Shown here: positions 29,009 through 41,630 of the stretch, one piece after another
Layout: each line of letters begins with the position of its first letter
Numbering within the stretch: position 1 is the stretch's first letter
DNA from: an uncultured Gemmatimonadales bacterium
Lineage (GTDB): Bacteria > Gemmatimonadota > Gemmatimonadetes > Longimicrobiales > RSA9
Reading direction: 5' to 3'
Length of the DNA: 64,000 nucleotides
Assembly (NCBI GenBank): GCA_963708135.1
Contig: OY970192.1
Span: forward strand, 4,384,001 to 4,448,000
Made by a program: the position numbers and the translations under genes
Notes under the pieces: generated by a model
What the model saw: the letters and a program-made list of their open reading frames with translations, nothing else
Databases searched by the model: none
What the model was told of the DNA's origin: nothing

Positions 29009-29467
29009 TCAAACCACGGCGCGGGGCGGGGCGGTGGAGTCCGGCAGCAGGTCGAGGTAGTTGGCGCGCAGCGGCGCGGAGGTCCACGCGGTGGCCAGTA
29101 GCGGCGTCGTGGCCGCCAGCGGCGCGGACAGGACTGGCGGCGCATACGAGGCGATGAGCCCCTGGCAGCAGCAGCAGCACCCGAGGCAGGTGCAGCCGCG
29201 GTGCGTCGGGGAGTCGTCGTGGTGGGTCGGCGCGGCGGCGCCGTCGGGCGCGGGTGCGGCGTCCCGCGCTCCCATGGCCCCGCCCATCCCGCGCGCCGCG
29301 CCCTCGGGGTGGGCGTGCGCCATCGCCATCGCCATCATGCCGTCGTGGTGCGGGCAGTGGTGCAGCGGCGTCCCCTCCAGGAGCCCGAGGGCGAGGAACA
29401 GCAGCGCCTGGAAGAGCGCGATCACCCGCATGTGCGGGCGGAGGCGGGACACGGGGCGGTGGGCCAT
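29009..29467 (-). CDS. His/Met/Cys-rich small protein, DUF2946-like leader of the TonB-dependent receptor
   Basis: Hydrophobic N-terminus, HHCPHHDGMMAMAMAHAH, CTCLGCCCCC, C-terminal LPDSTAPP. TAGCAT lies 7 nt before ATG 29467; alternative start 29431. Confidence 0.72.
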   Translation of the reverse strand: MAHRPVSRLRPHMRVIALFQALLFLALGLLEGTPLHHCPHHDGMMAMAMAHAHPEGAARGMGGAMGARDAAPAPDGAAAPTHHDDSPTHRGCTCLGCCCCCQGLIASYAPPVLSAPLAATTPLLATAWTSAPLRANYLDLLPDSTAPPRAVV

Positions 29468-29544
29468 GCGCGTAATGCTAATCGTCACTCCCGCATGAGG
29501 AAAGGCGCCGCGCGAGATCCCGCTCCCCCCGCCCCGCCTCCGTG

Positions 29545-29996
29545 GGCGTCCCGCGCCTCCGCGAGAGTCCGCCGACGCACCCTCCTCTCGCGAAGAAGCC
29601 ACTCCGAGGGAGAGAGCCCGATGACGCGCGTTACCGAACCTGCCGGCGTGCCTCTCTCTCACAGAGGCGCCGAGCTTCGCGGAGTCGCGGAGACTTCGAG
29701 CGCGCCCGCGCCCGGGCGCCGACCCATCCCCGGACAATCCATGCTTTCCGGAAGAGAACCAGCCATCCCCGTCGCGCACGGCCCCCGAGTCGCGCCTCAC
29801 GCTTTCGCCTTTGAAACGGCATCGCTCGGCGCCTCCGCGAATCTCCCGCGCCTCCGCGAGAGAAAGTCCCACGACGAACCCTCCGCGCGCGAAAGAAGCG
29901 GCTCCGCGAGAGAGAGTCCCACGACGAATCCGCCTCGCGCGAAGAAGCCCCTCCGCGCGAGAGAGCCCGACGACGCGCGTTACCGAACCTGCCGGG
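29545..29996. repeat. Composite intergenic repeat cluster (CTCCGCGAGAGA-type units)
   Basis: Exact 24-mer GACGCGCGTTACCGAACCTGCCGG at 29623-29646 and 29972-29995; ~50-bp tandem units at 29850-29950; inverted relative at 62946-63110. Confidence 0.85.
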
Positions 29997-30012
29997 CAGA
30001 CGGTGCCGGCGG

Positions 30013-31295
30013 TCATCTCTCGTACCTGGACACCAGCGGCGCGTGCCCGGTGGCCTCGAGCCGCGCCACCGCGGGCTCGACGCGCGACCACGGGGCGGCG
30101 CGCAGCAGCACACGGGACTCGGGTCCGTCGATCCGCTCGTGCGAAACGGCCAGCCGCCCGGCCTCGAGCGCCCGGCGCAGCAGGCCCGGCTGGCCGGCGG
30201 CGCGGCGGATGCTCACCACCCAGCGGTGCGGTCGGTCGTCGGGCAGGAGCCGGGGCGGCTGCCCCCGCGCGGGCACCGGCCGCGCGCCGCGCAGCACATC
30301 GCCGAGGAGCGCGGAGGCCGTGGGGCCGCCGCCCGCGCCCGGGCCGCCCAGCGCGACGGCGCCGTTCCACGCGCTGTCCACGAGCACGAGGTTCTGCTCC
30401 TCACGGACGGCGGCGAGGGTGCCGCCGCGATCGACCACGACGGGCTCGACGCTGGCCGCGATCCCCTCGGGCAGCGCGCTGCACGAGCCCACGATGCGGC
30501 ACACGCCGCCGAACGCGGTGGCGTCCCGGGCCAGCCGGTCGGGGTCGGGCAGCAGGCCGCGGCGCCGCACCGGCAGCGCGGCCGGATCGGCGCCGAACGC
30601 CAGCCAGGCCAGCACGCGCACCTTGTCCTCCGCGTCCCGGCCATCCAGGTCGCGCGCCGGATCCGCCTCCGCGAAGCCCAGCCGCTGCGCATCGGCCAGC
30701 GCCGCCTCGAATGCCTCGCCGCCCGTCAGCCGGTCCAGGATGAAGTTCGAGGTGCCGTTCAGCACGCCGCCGACCGAGCGGATCTCCGTCTCCGCGAGCG
30801 CATCGCGGAGCGCCCGCACGATCGGGATCCCCCCGCCCACGGCCGCCTCGAAGTCGAGTGCGCCGCCGGTCCGCCGGGCGAGCTCCGCGAGCTCCGGCCC
30901 GCGCACGGCGAGCAGCGCCTTGTTGGCGGTGACCAGACGCCTGCCGCGCGAAAGCGCTTCGCGCGCGATCCGCTCCGCCGGGTCCAGCCCGCCGATCGCC
31001 TCGACCACCACGTCGGCATCGGCGGCCGCGGCCAGGAACGCGCCCAGCTCGCCCGTGACCACGCCGGGCGGCAGCGGCGCCAGGCGGGGCAGCCCGGGCC
31101 GGCGCACCAGCACCGAGGCCAGCTCGACCCTGAGCCCGTGCTGGCGCTCGATCCCGGCGCGCCGCTCCGCCAGCAGCCGCACCAGCGCGGAGCCGACCGT
31201 ACCGCAGCCGGCCAGCGCGACGCGCACCGTGCGTGGCGCCGGAGAGGCGGGGACGATCCGAAGTGGAAGGGGCGACGTCGCCTGAAGGCGAGCGC

Positions 31296-31299
<4 letters not shown>
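30013..31299 (-). CDS. hom: Homoserine dehydrogenase
   Basis: GCGTVG, VTANKA, FEAAVGGGIP, NGTSNFIL, GFAEADP, GPGAGG; overlaps the metX stop. Confidence 0.93.
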
Positions 31300-35015
<3,716 letters not shown>

Positions 35016-35209
35016 CCTCGCCTCCGGGACCGGGTTGCGGAAGGATGGCGCTCCGCCGGCGCTCCGGCCAGGCGGGCACGGGCAGAGGGAGCGGCGGCGC
35101 CTACGCGCGCGCCGCCCGCGCCCCGGCCCGCGCCCGAACCCGAGCCTCGGGCCCCGTGCCGCGAGCCCCGACAGTTTGACGCTTGCCCGTCGCGGCGCCA
35201 TCCTCCGCC

Positions 35210-36793
35210 ATGCACGCCGAGGCGATCTTCACGCTCCTCTTCGTCGTCGCCACGACGGTGGCCATCGCCGCCCGCTGGCTGCGCATGCCGTACACGGTCG
35301 CGCTCGTGCTGGCCGGCTTGCTGCTCGGCGCGCTCGACCTGCTGGCACCGCCGCACCTGACCAAGGACCTGCTCTTCTCGGTGTTCCTGCCGGGGCTGAT
35401 CTTCGAGGCGGCCTACCACCTGGAGTTCACGGAGTTCTGGCGAAACCGCCTGCCGATCGTCTCGCTGGCGGTGCCGGGCGTCATCGCGGCGATCCTGCTC
35501 ACGGCGGTCGTGCTGGTGCCGCTCTCGGAGGTGCTCGGCTTCGCGCACGACCTCTCGTGGCAGGACGGGCTGGTCTTCGGCGCGCTGATCGCGGCGACGG
35601 ACCCGATCGCGGTCGTCGCGCTCTTCAAGAGCCTGGGCGTGCCGAAACGGCTGAGCGTGCTGATCGAGGGCGAGAGCCTGCTGAACGACGGCACGGCCGT
35701 CGTGTTCTTCACGCTGATCCTCGGGATCGTGGGCGGGGCGAGCGTCAGCGGCGCAGGGCTGCTGCTCGAGTTCCTGGCGACCATCGGCGCGGGCGCCCTC
35801 ATCGGCACGACCATCGGGCTGGTCATCTCGCACGTGATCCAGCGCGTGGACGACCCGATGATCGAGATCACGCTGACGACGATCGCCGCCTACGGCTCCT
35901 TCGTCACTGCCGAGCAGTTCCACTACTCGGGCGTGATCGCGACCGTCGTGGCGGGCATGCTGTGCGGCAACTACGCGGCGCGGACCGGCATGTCCCCCAC
36001 CACGCGTGTCGCGGTGGAGACGTTCTGGGAGTATATCGCCTTCGCGCTCAACTCGATCGTGTTCCTGCTCATCGGCTTCGAGGTGCGTTTCGACACGCTC
36101 CTCGCCAACTGGGAGCTGGTGCTCGCCGCCTACCTCGCCGTCAGCCTCGGCCGCGCGGTCGTGGTCTTCACCGCCGCAGGCGTGCTGCGCCGGGCGGCCA
36201 CGCGGCTGCCCCGAGGCTGGAGCGTCGTCCTCACCTGGGGCGGGCTCCGCGGCGGCATCTCGATGGTGCTCGTGCTCGGGCTGCCGGAGACGTTCCCGCA
36301 CCGCGAGCTGCTGATCGCCATGACCTTCGGCGTCGTGCTGCTCTCGATCCTGCTGAATGGCCTCAGCATGGCGCCGCTGCTGCGCCGCCTGGGCGTGGTC
36401 TCCGCGCACGAGCTGAGGACCGCCTACGAGGTCAGCCGTGGCGAGATGCAGGCGGCCAATGCGGCGCTCGTGGAGCTGCGCGAGATGGAGCGGCGGGGCC
36501 TGGCCGCGGCCGAGGTGCTGGCGGCGCTGCGCGGCGAGTACGAGAAGCGTATCGGCGCGGCCGAGAACGAGATCCGGGCGCTCCACCTCGAGCGCACCGA
36601 GCTCCGCGACGAGGAGCTGCAGCGCGCGCGGCGCCACCTGATCCTGGTCGAGAAGGCCCAGGTCGTGGAGGCGTTCCACCGCGGCGTGCTCTCCCAGGAC
36701 GCGCACGAGGAGCTGCTCACCGACATCGACGCCCGCCTGTTCCACCTGGATGAGGGCGGCGCCGGGACATCGGAGCCCGCCGACGAGTCGTAA
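35210..36793 (+). CDS. CPA1-family Na+/H+ antiporter
   Basis: FLPGLIFEAA, ATDPIAV, EGESLLNDG, WGGLRGG; coiled-coil C-terminus. Confidence 0.92.
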   Translation: MHAEAIFTLLFVVATTVAIAARWLRMPYTVALVLAGLLLGALDLLAPPHLTKDLLFSVFLPGLIFEAAYHLEFTEFWRNRLPIVSLAVPGVIAAILLTAVVLVPLSEVLGFAHDLSWQDGLVFGALIAATDPIAVVALFKSLGVPKRLSVLIEGESLLNDGTAVVFFTLILGIVGGASVSGAGLLLEFLATIGAGALIGTTIGLVISHVIQRVDDPMIEITLTTIAAYGSFVTAEQFHYSGVIATVVAGMLCGNYAARTGMSPTTRVAVETFWEYIAFALNSIVFLLIGFEVRFDTLLANWELVLAAYLAVSLGRAVVVFTAAGVLRRAATRLPRGWSVVLTWGGLRGGISMVLVLGLPETFPHRELLIAMTFGVVLLSILLNGLSMAPLLRRLGVVSAHELRTAYEVSRGEMQAANAALVELREMERRGLAAAEVLAALRGEYEKRIGAAENEIRALHLERTELRDEELQRARRHLILVEKAQVVEAFHRGVLSQDAHEELLTDIDARLFHLDEGGAGTSEPADES

Positions 36794-36926
36794 CGCGACC
36801 CGCGCGTGCGGCCGGGAGCCGCGCAACCCCGCGCCGGATCTGCGGCGCGCGGCACCGCCGCCGCGGAACAAAGCGTGCCCCCGCGTCGCTATGTGTAGGG
36901 AAGCCGTCCGTTATCGGGGAGTCTGC

Positions 36927-38051
36927 ATGCGACGAGTCCGTCCGAGCCGAATCCTTCTTGCCGCCGCCGCCGTCGGCGCGCTCGCGCCGGTGCGCGCCAC
37001 CGCCGCGCAGACGCCGGCCCGCGCGCCCGCGGCGGCGCGGGACACGGCGCTGGCGAGCGCCGTCGCGGACACCGGCGTCGCCTCGCCGCGCGCGCTCCCG
37101 ACCATCTACGCCGCGGGCCGGTTCTACGTCCGCCCGATCACCGCCGCCGGCGACACGCTGCTCTTCTATACGGACACCGGCGGCGGGCTGTTCCTGCGCC
37201 CGGCCGCCGCGGTCCGGCTGGATGCGCCCCGGAAGGTGCTGGCCGTCTCCGGCGAGGACACGCTCTTCGGCACGCCAATGCCGCCGCTCGCGCCGGGCGC
37301 GTGGATCCCCGCGCCGCCGCCGCGCGGCGTGCTGCCCGTGTTCGAGCCGCCCGGCGCGACGGAGCTCTTCGGCGACACCGTGGACGGCATGCTTGGCCAG
37401 CAGTGGTTCGGCGGCCGGGCCTGGACGTTCGACTACCCGGGCGAGACGCTCTACGTGCTGCCGCCCGGCATCGGCCCGGCGGTCGCACCCGAGCACCGCG
37501 TGCCGCTCGCGTTCCGGACCGATTCCGCCGGCGCCCGCTCGCTCGAGTTCCCGCGCATCCGCGTCCTCATCGACGGCGACTCCCTCGACCTGCTCTTCGA
37601 CACCGGCGCGACGACGTTCCTCACCGACAGCGCCCGCGCCGTGCTCGCCGACGGCGGTGCCGCCGAGCGCGCCACCAGCTTCATCACCCGCGGCATCTAC
37701 GAGCGCTGGCGCAAGAGGCACCCCGACTGGCGCGTCATCACGGACGCCGAGCGCGGCACCGGCGCCGATGCCATCCAGGTGCCGGCCATGGATGTGGCCG
37801 GGTTCGTGACCGGGCCGGTCTGGTTCACCACTCGGCCGGACGCCAACTTCCATGCGTTCATGGCGCGCTTCATGGACCGCCAGGTCGAGGGTGCGCTCGG
37901 CGGCTCGGCGCTGCGACCGTTCCGCATCACCGTGGATTATCCCGCGGCTACCGCCTCCTTCGAGAGGCCCCTCGGCGCGGCGCCCGACGCCGAAACCCCG
38001 CGGACAGACCGCCCGCGCGGCAGCACCACGGATCGAAGGAGCCGTTCATGA
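36927..38051 (+). CDS. Secreted protein with two aspartyl-protease-like (DTG) motifs
   Basis: Signal peptide; FYTDTGGG ... GMLG and LLFDTGAT ... GALGG. Confidence 0.65.
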   Translation: MRRVRPSRILLAAAAVGALAPVRATAAQTPARAPAAARDTALASAVADTGVASPRALPTIYAAGRFYVRPITAAGDTLLFYTDTGGGLFLRPAAAVRLDAPRKVLAVSGEDTLFGTPMPPLAPGAWIPAPPPRGVLPVFEPPGATELFGDTVDGMLGQQWFGGRAWTFDYPGETLYVLPPGIGPAVAPEHRVPLAFRTDSAGARSLEFPRIRVLIDGDSLDLLFDTGATTFLTDSARAVLADGGAAERATSFITRGIYERWRKRHPDWRVITDAERGTGADAIQVPAMDVAGFVTGPVWFTTRPDANFHAFMARFMDRQVEGALGGSALRPFRITVDYPAATASFERPLGAAPDAETPRTDRPRGSTTDRRSRS

Positions 38052-38788
38052 AACACACACGCCTCGGCCTCCATCTCGGCCTCGCCCTCGCCCTCGGCTT
38101 CGCGGCCGCCCCACCCGCCCTCGCCCAGGACACCTCGCTCGAGCAGGCGCCGCCCCGTTTCCACATCGGCTTCGGCGCCATCGTCGCCCAGCCCGTCGGC
38201 CAGTTCCACGACTACGTCGGCACGGGCGGCGGCCTGGGGGTCCACCTGCTCTACAAGGCCACGCCCGCCTTCGGGCTGCGCCTCGACGGCGGCTTCGTCA
38301 ACTACGGCAACGAGCGCCGGCCCGTCTGCTTCAGCAGCACCGTCGGCTGCCGCGTCGAGCTCGAGCTGACCACCAGCAACAACATCTTCTTCGTCCACGC
38401 CGGCCCGCAGCTCATGGTCCCGGCGGGGCCCGTGCGCCCCTACGCCAACACCGGCATCGGGCTCTCCTACTTCGCCACCGAGTCCAACGTGCGCGGCTCC
38501 GGCAGCGGCAGCGGCGCCTTCGCCCGGACCACCAACTTCAGCGACGTCGCCTTCGCCTGGGCCTCCGGCGCCGGCGCCGCCTTCCCGTTCCGGGTGAAGC
38601 GCACCCCCGTGGCCATCGACCTCGGCGCCACCTATCTGCACAACGGCCGTGTCGAGTACCTGCGCAAGGGCGGCATCACCGACAACCCCGACGGCTCGAT
38701 CACCCTGAATCCCACGACGAGCGCAGCCAACCTCGTCACGTACCACATCGGGGTCACCATCGGGATCCGGGCGCACGGGCAGCGCTGA
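38048..38788 (+). CDS. Outer-membrane beta-barrel protein
   Basis: Signal peptide (ALA-Q), alternating beta-strands, VRPY...GIG, C-terminal YHIGVTIG; GAAGGAG RBS. Confidence 0.75.
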   Translation: MKHTRLGLHLGLALALGFAAAPPALAQDTSLEQAPPRFHIGFGAIVAQPVGQFHDYVGTGGGLGVHLLYKATPAFGLRLDGGFVNYGNERRPVCFSSTVGCRVELELTTSNNIFFVHAGPQLMVPAGPVRPYANTGIGLSYFATESNVRGSGSGSGAFARTTNFSDVAFAWASGAGAAFPFRVKRTPVAIDLGATYLHNGRVEYLRKGGITDNPDGSITLNPTTSAANLVTYHIGVTIGIRAHGQR

Positions 38789-38820
38789 GCCCCGGGGCGC
38801 GCCGATCCTACCGTGGCGTG

Positions 38821-38926
38821 TTTCTCTCTCGCGGAGCCGCGGAGAATCGCGGAGGCGGGGCGCCGGCGGAACGCCGTTCGCCCCGCTGCGCGCCTCCGCG
38901 CTCCTCCCCGTCTCCGTGAGAGAGCC
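38821..38926. repeat. REP-like inverted element with 9-nt-period CGCGGAG units
   Basis: CTCTCTCGCGGAGCCGCGGAGAATCGCGGAG ... CTCCGCG...CTCCGTGAGAGAG; related to motifs at 29655-29860. Confidence 0.65.
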
Positions 38927-39055
38927 ACGCGTTGAACCCTGCCGCGCGGCGCGACCGGCCGTTCCGCCCATGCCGTCGGCCGCCCCCGCTATCGCCAGCT
39001 GCGCCGCCTTCTTATCTTCTTTCTTCAGCCGACGCGTTTCCCTTTCCCGTAGCCA

Positions 39056-40765
39056 ATGTCCGATCCCCAGCTCAGCCTGACTCCCGAGCCCGAGCCCGAC
39101 ACCGCCAGCGAGCCCGGACCCGGACACGTGCCCGAACCCGAGGCCGTGCCCGCACACCTGAACGTGCCCGTAAACCTGAACGTGCCCGATCCCGATCCCC
39201 ATCCCGATCCCCTCTCCATCCTTCGCCACGTTTTCGGCTACGACACGTTCCGCCCCGGCCAACGCGAGGTCATCGATGCCGTGCTGGCCGGCCGCGACTG
39301 CATCGCGGTCATGCCGACCGGTGCCGGCAAGTCGCTGACGTTCCAGCTGCCCGCCCGCATCCTGGGGGGCACCGTGCTGGTGATCTCGCCGCTCATCTCC
39401 CTCATGAAGGACCAGGTCGACGCGCTCGAGGGGCTCGGCTTCCGGGCCGCGGCCATCAACTCGACGCTCGAGCCGGAGGAGCGGCGCGAGCGGCTGCGCG
39501 CGCTCCGGCGCGGCGGGTACGAGCTGGTCTACCTCGCGCCGGAGGCGCTGGACGGCTCGCTGCGCGACTTCATCCAGGGCTGCCCGCTGGCGCTGATCGT
39601 GGTCGATGAGGCACACTGCATCTCGCAGTGGGGGCATGACTTCCGGCCCTCGTACCGGCGGCTCGCGGGGCTCAAGGACGAGCTCGGCGGGGTGCCGGTG
39701 CTGGCGCTCACCGCGACGGCGACGCGCGTCGTCGCCAGAGACATCCTCCGCCAGCTCGGGATGCGAGGGCCCGCCGGCTACAAGGGCTCCTTCTTCCGCG
39801 CCAACCTCACCATCTACGCGCGCAAGAAGGGGCAGGGCGGCAATACGCGGCGCGAGATGCTGGGCGTGATCCGGCGCCACGCCGGCGAGAGCGGGATCGT
39901 CTACTGCCTCTCGCGGCGGAGCGTCGAGCAGACGGCCGACTGGCTCAGGCGACAGGGCATCCGCGCCCGCGCCTACCACGCCGGGCTCGCGGATGCGGAG
40001 CGCGCGGCGGCGCAGGATGCCTTTGCGCGCGATGACGTGGATGTCATCGTCGCCACCGTCGCCTTCGGCATGGGCATCGACAAGTCGAACGTCCGCTTCG
40101 TGATCCACCGCGACATGCCGAAGGACATCGAGTCGTGGTACCAGGAGATCGGGCGCGCGGGGCGGGACGGGCTGGCATCCGACTGCGTGCTCTTCTACTC
40201 GTGGGCGGACGTCAAGCTGCACGAGCGCTTCCTCGACTCCATCGAGGACCCCGAGCAGCGGCGCCTGCGCCACGCGGGCACCGTGCGCCTGTTCGACCTC
40301 GTCGATCACGGCGGCTGCCGCCACCAGGGCATCCTGGCCTACTTCGATGAGACGACGGCGCCGTGCGGCAGCGCATGCGACGTCTGTACCGGCGCCTCCG
40401 TCGAGGTCCTCGCCCACGCGGCCACTGGCGGTGCGCGGGCGGGCGCGGCGCGCGGCCGGGCGCGCGGCTTCGGCGCCGCCGCCCGGCCGGATCCGGGCTC
40501 CACCGACGCCGACTGGGCCATCGATCCCGCTGCCGAGGATCCCGCCGCGGACCGGCTCTTCGCCTCGCTCAAGGCGCTGCGCAAGCGGCTCGCCGACGAG
40601 AAGGGCGTGCCCGCCTACATCGTCTTCAACGACGCCGTGCTGCGCGAGATGGCTGCGCGCCGGCCCGCGAGCCTGGAGGCGCTGCTCGACATCTCCGGCG
40701 TCGGACCCGCGAAGCTCGCGCGCTACGGCGACGCCTTCCTGGAGGCGATCGCCGCCGGCGGCTGA
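39056..40765 (+). CDS. recQ: RecQ-family DNA helicase with HRDC domain
   Basis: [43 protein letters not shown], Zn-binding CRH...[21 protein letters not shown]. Confidence 0.93.
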   Translation: MSDPQLSLTPEPEPDTASEPGPGHVPEPEAVPAHLNVPVNLNVPDPDPHPDPLSILRHVFGYDTFRPGQREVIDAVLAGRDCIAVMPTGAGKSLTFQLPARILGGTVLVISPLISLMKDQVDALEGLGFRAAAINSTLEPEERRERLRALRRGGYELVYLAPEALDGSLRDFIQGCPLALIVVDEAHCISQWGHDFRPSYRRLAGLKDELGGVPVLALTATATRVVARDILRQLGMRGPAGYKGSFFRANLTIYARKKGQGGNTRREMLGVIRRHAGESGIVYCLSRRSVEQTADWLRRQGIRARAYHAGLADAERAAAQDAFARDDVDVIVATVAFGMGIDKSNVRFVIHRDMPKDIESWYQEIGRAGRDGLASDCVLFYSWADVKLHERFLDSIEDPEQRRLRHAGTVRLFDLVDHGGCRHQGILAYFDETTAPCGSACDVCTGASVEVLAHAATGGARAGAARGRARGFGAAARPDPGSTDADWAIDPAAEDPAADRLFASLKALRKRLADEKGVPAYIVFNDAVLREMAARRPASLEALLDISGVGPAKLARYGDAFLEAIAAGG

Positions 40766-40805
40766 GGCCGCCATTCACCATCCACCCTCCGCACGAGGAA
40801 CATCC

Positions 40806-41399
40806 ATGGCCCTTCGCCTGCCGCACCGCATCCTCTTCGGCATCATGTACCGCATGGGCTTCGCGCCCTGGGATGGCCACCCGCTGCCGGCCGAGCTCCG
40901 CACTCTCGCGGAGGGCCCCGAGAAGGGGCGCGCCCTCGACCTCGGCTGCGGCACCGGGGATGCCGCGATCTACCTCGCGGGCGAGGGCTGGGACGTGACG
41001 GCAGTGGATTTCGTGCAGCACGCGCTCGACCGGGCGGCGCGGAAGGCGCGCGCCGCCGGAGCGGAGGTACGCTTCGTCCGTGCGGACGTCACCGCGCTGG
41101 ATCGCGCGGGCGTCGAGGGCCCCTTCGAGCTGATCGTGGACAGTGGCCTCATGCACGGGCTGCCCGACGAAAAGCGCGCCGGCTATGCCGCGGATCTCGG
41201 CCGGCTCGCCGCGCCGGGCGCCCATCTCGTGCTGGCCGCCTTCCCCCCCGGCGAGCGACGGGGACCGAGCGGCATCTCCCGGGAGGAGATCGAGCGCCGC
41301 CTCGGACCCAACTGGGAGCTGCTTTCCGCGGCGCCCGCGCCGGGCGCCTCCTCCGACGCGTCCGATCCGGTCACCGTCTACGTGCTGCGCCGGACGTAG
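40806..41399 (+). CDS. Class I SAM-dependent methyltransferase
   Basis: ALDLGCGTG, VTAVDF, ADVT; GAGGA RBS. Confidence 0.9.
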   Translation: MALRLPHRILFGIMYRMGFAPWDGHPLPAELRTLAEGPEKGRALDLGCGTGDAAIYLAGEGWDVTAVDFVQHALDRAARKARAAGAEVRFVRADVTALDRAGVEGPFELIVDSGLMHGLPDEKRAGYAADLGRLAAPGAHLVLAAFPPGERRGPSGISREEIERRLGPNWELLSAAPAPGASSDASDPVTVYVLRRT

Positions 41400-41630
41400 C
41401 GGCTCGGCCCTTCCCCCGGTCGCGGCCCGCCGGGTCCGGCGGCTGTCCGCTTGCGGGACGCGCGGTCTCGCCGGGGAACGACGGCGGGCCCCGGCGCCGG
41501 ACGGAGCAGTGTGCGGAATTCTTTGCGGCGGAACGACTTGCCAGCCGCGACTCCGCGGGTACGATCCTTCCGTTCGGCCTCAGGGCCGCGGCCGGCGGGC
41601 GCCGCGCCACCGTCCTTCCCAGAGGAGCCA

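Noticed and set aside
29545..29996. Possible CRISPR array
   Set aside because: Units are degenerate and tandem without regular unique spacers; no cas genes.
29468..30370. 453-aa ORF (29009-30370 minus) as one protein
   Set aside because: The upstream part runs through repeats and the hom gene; only the last ~150 codons look like a real protein.
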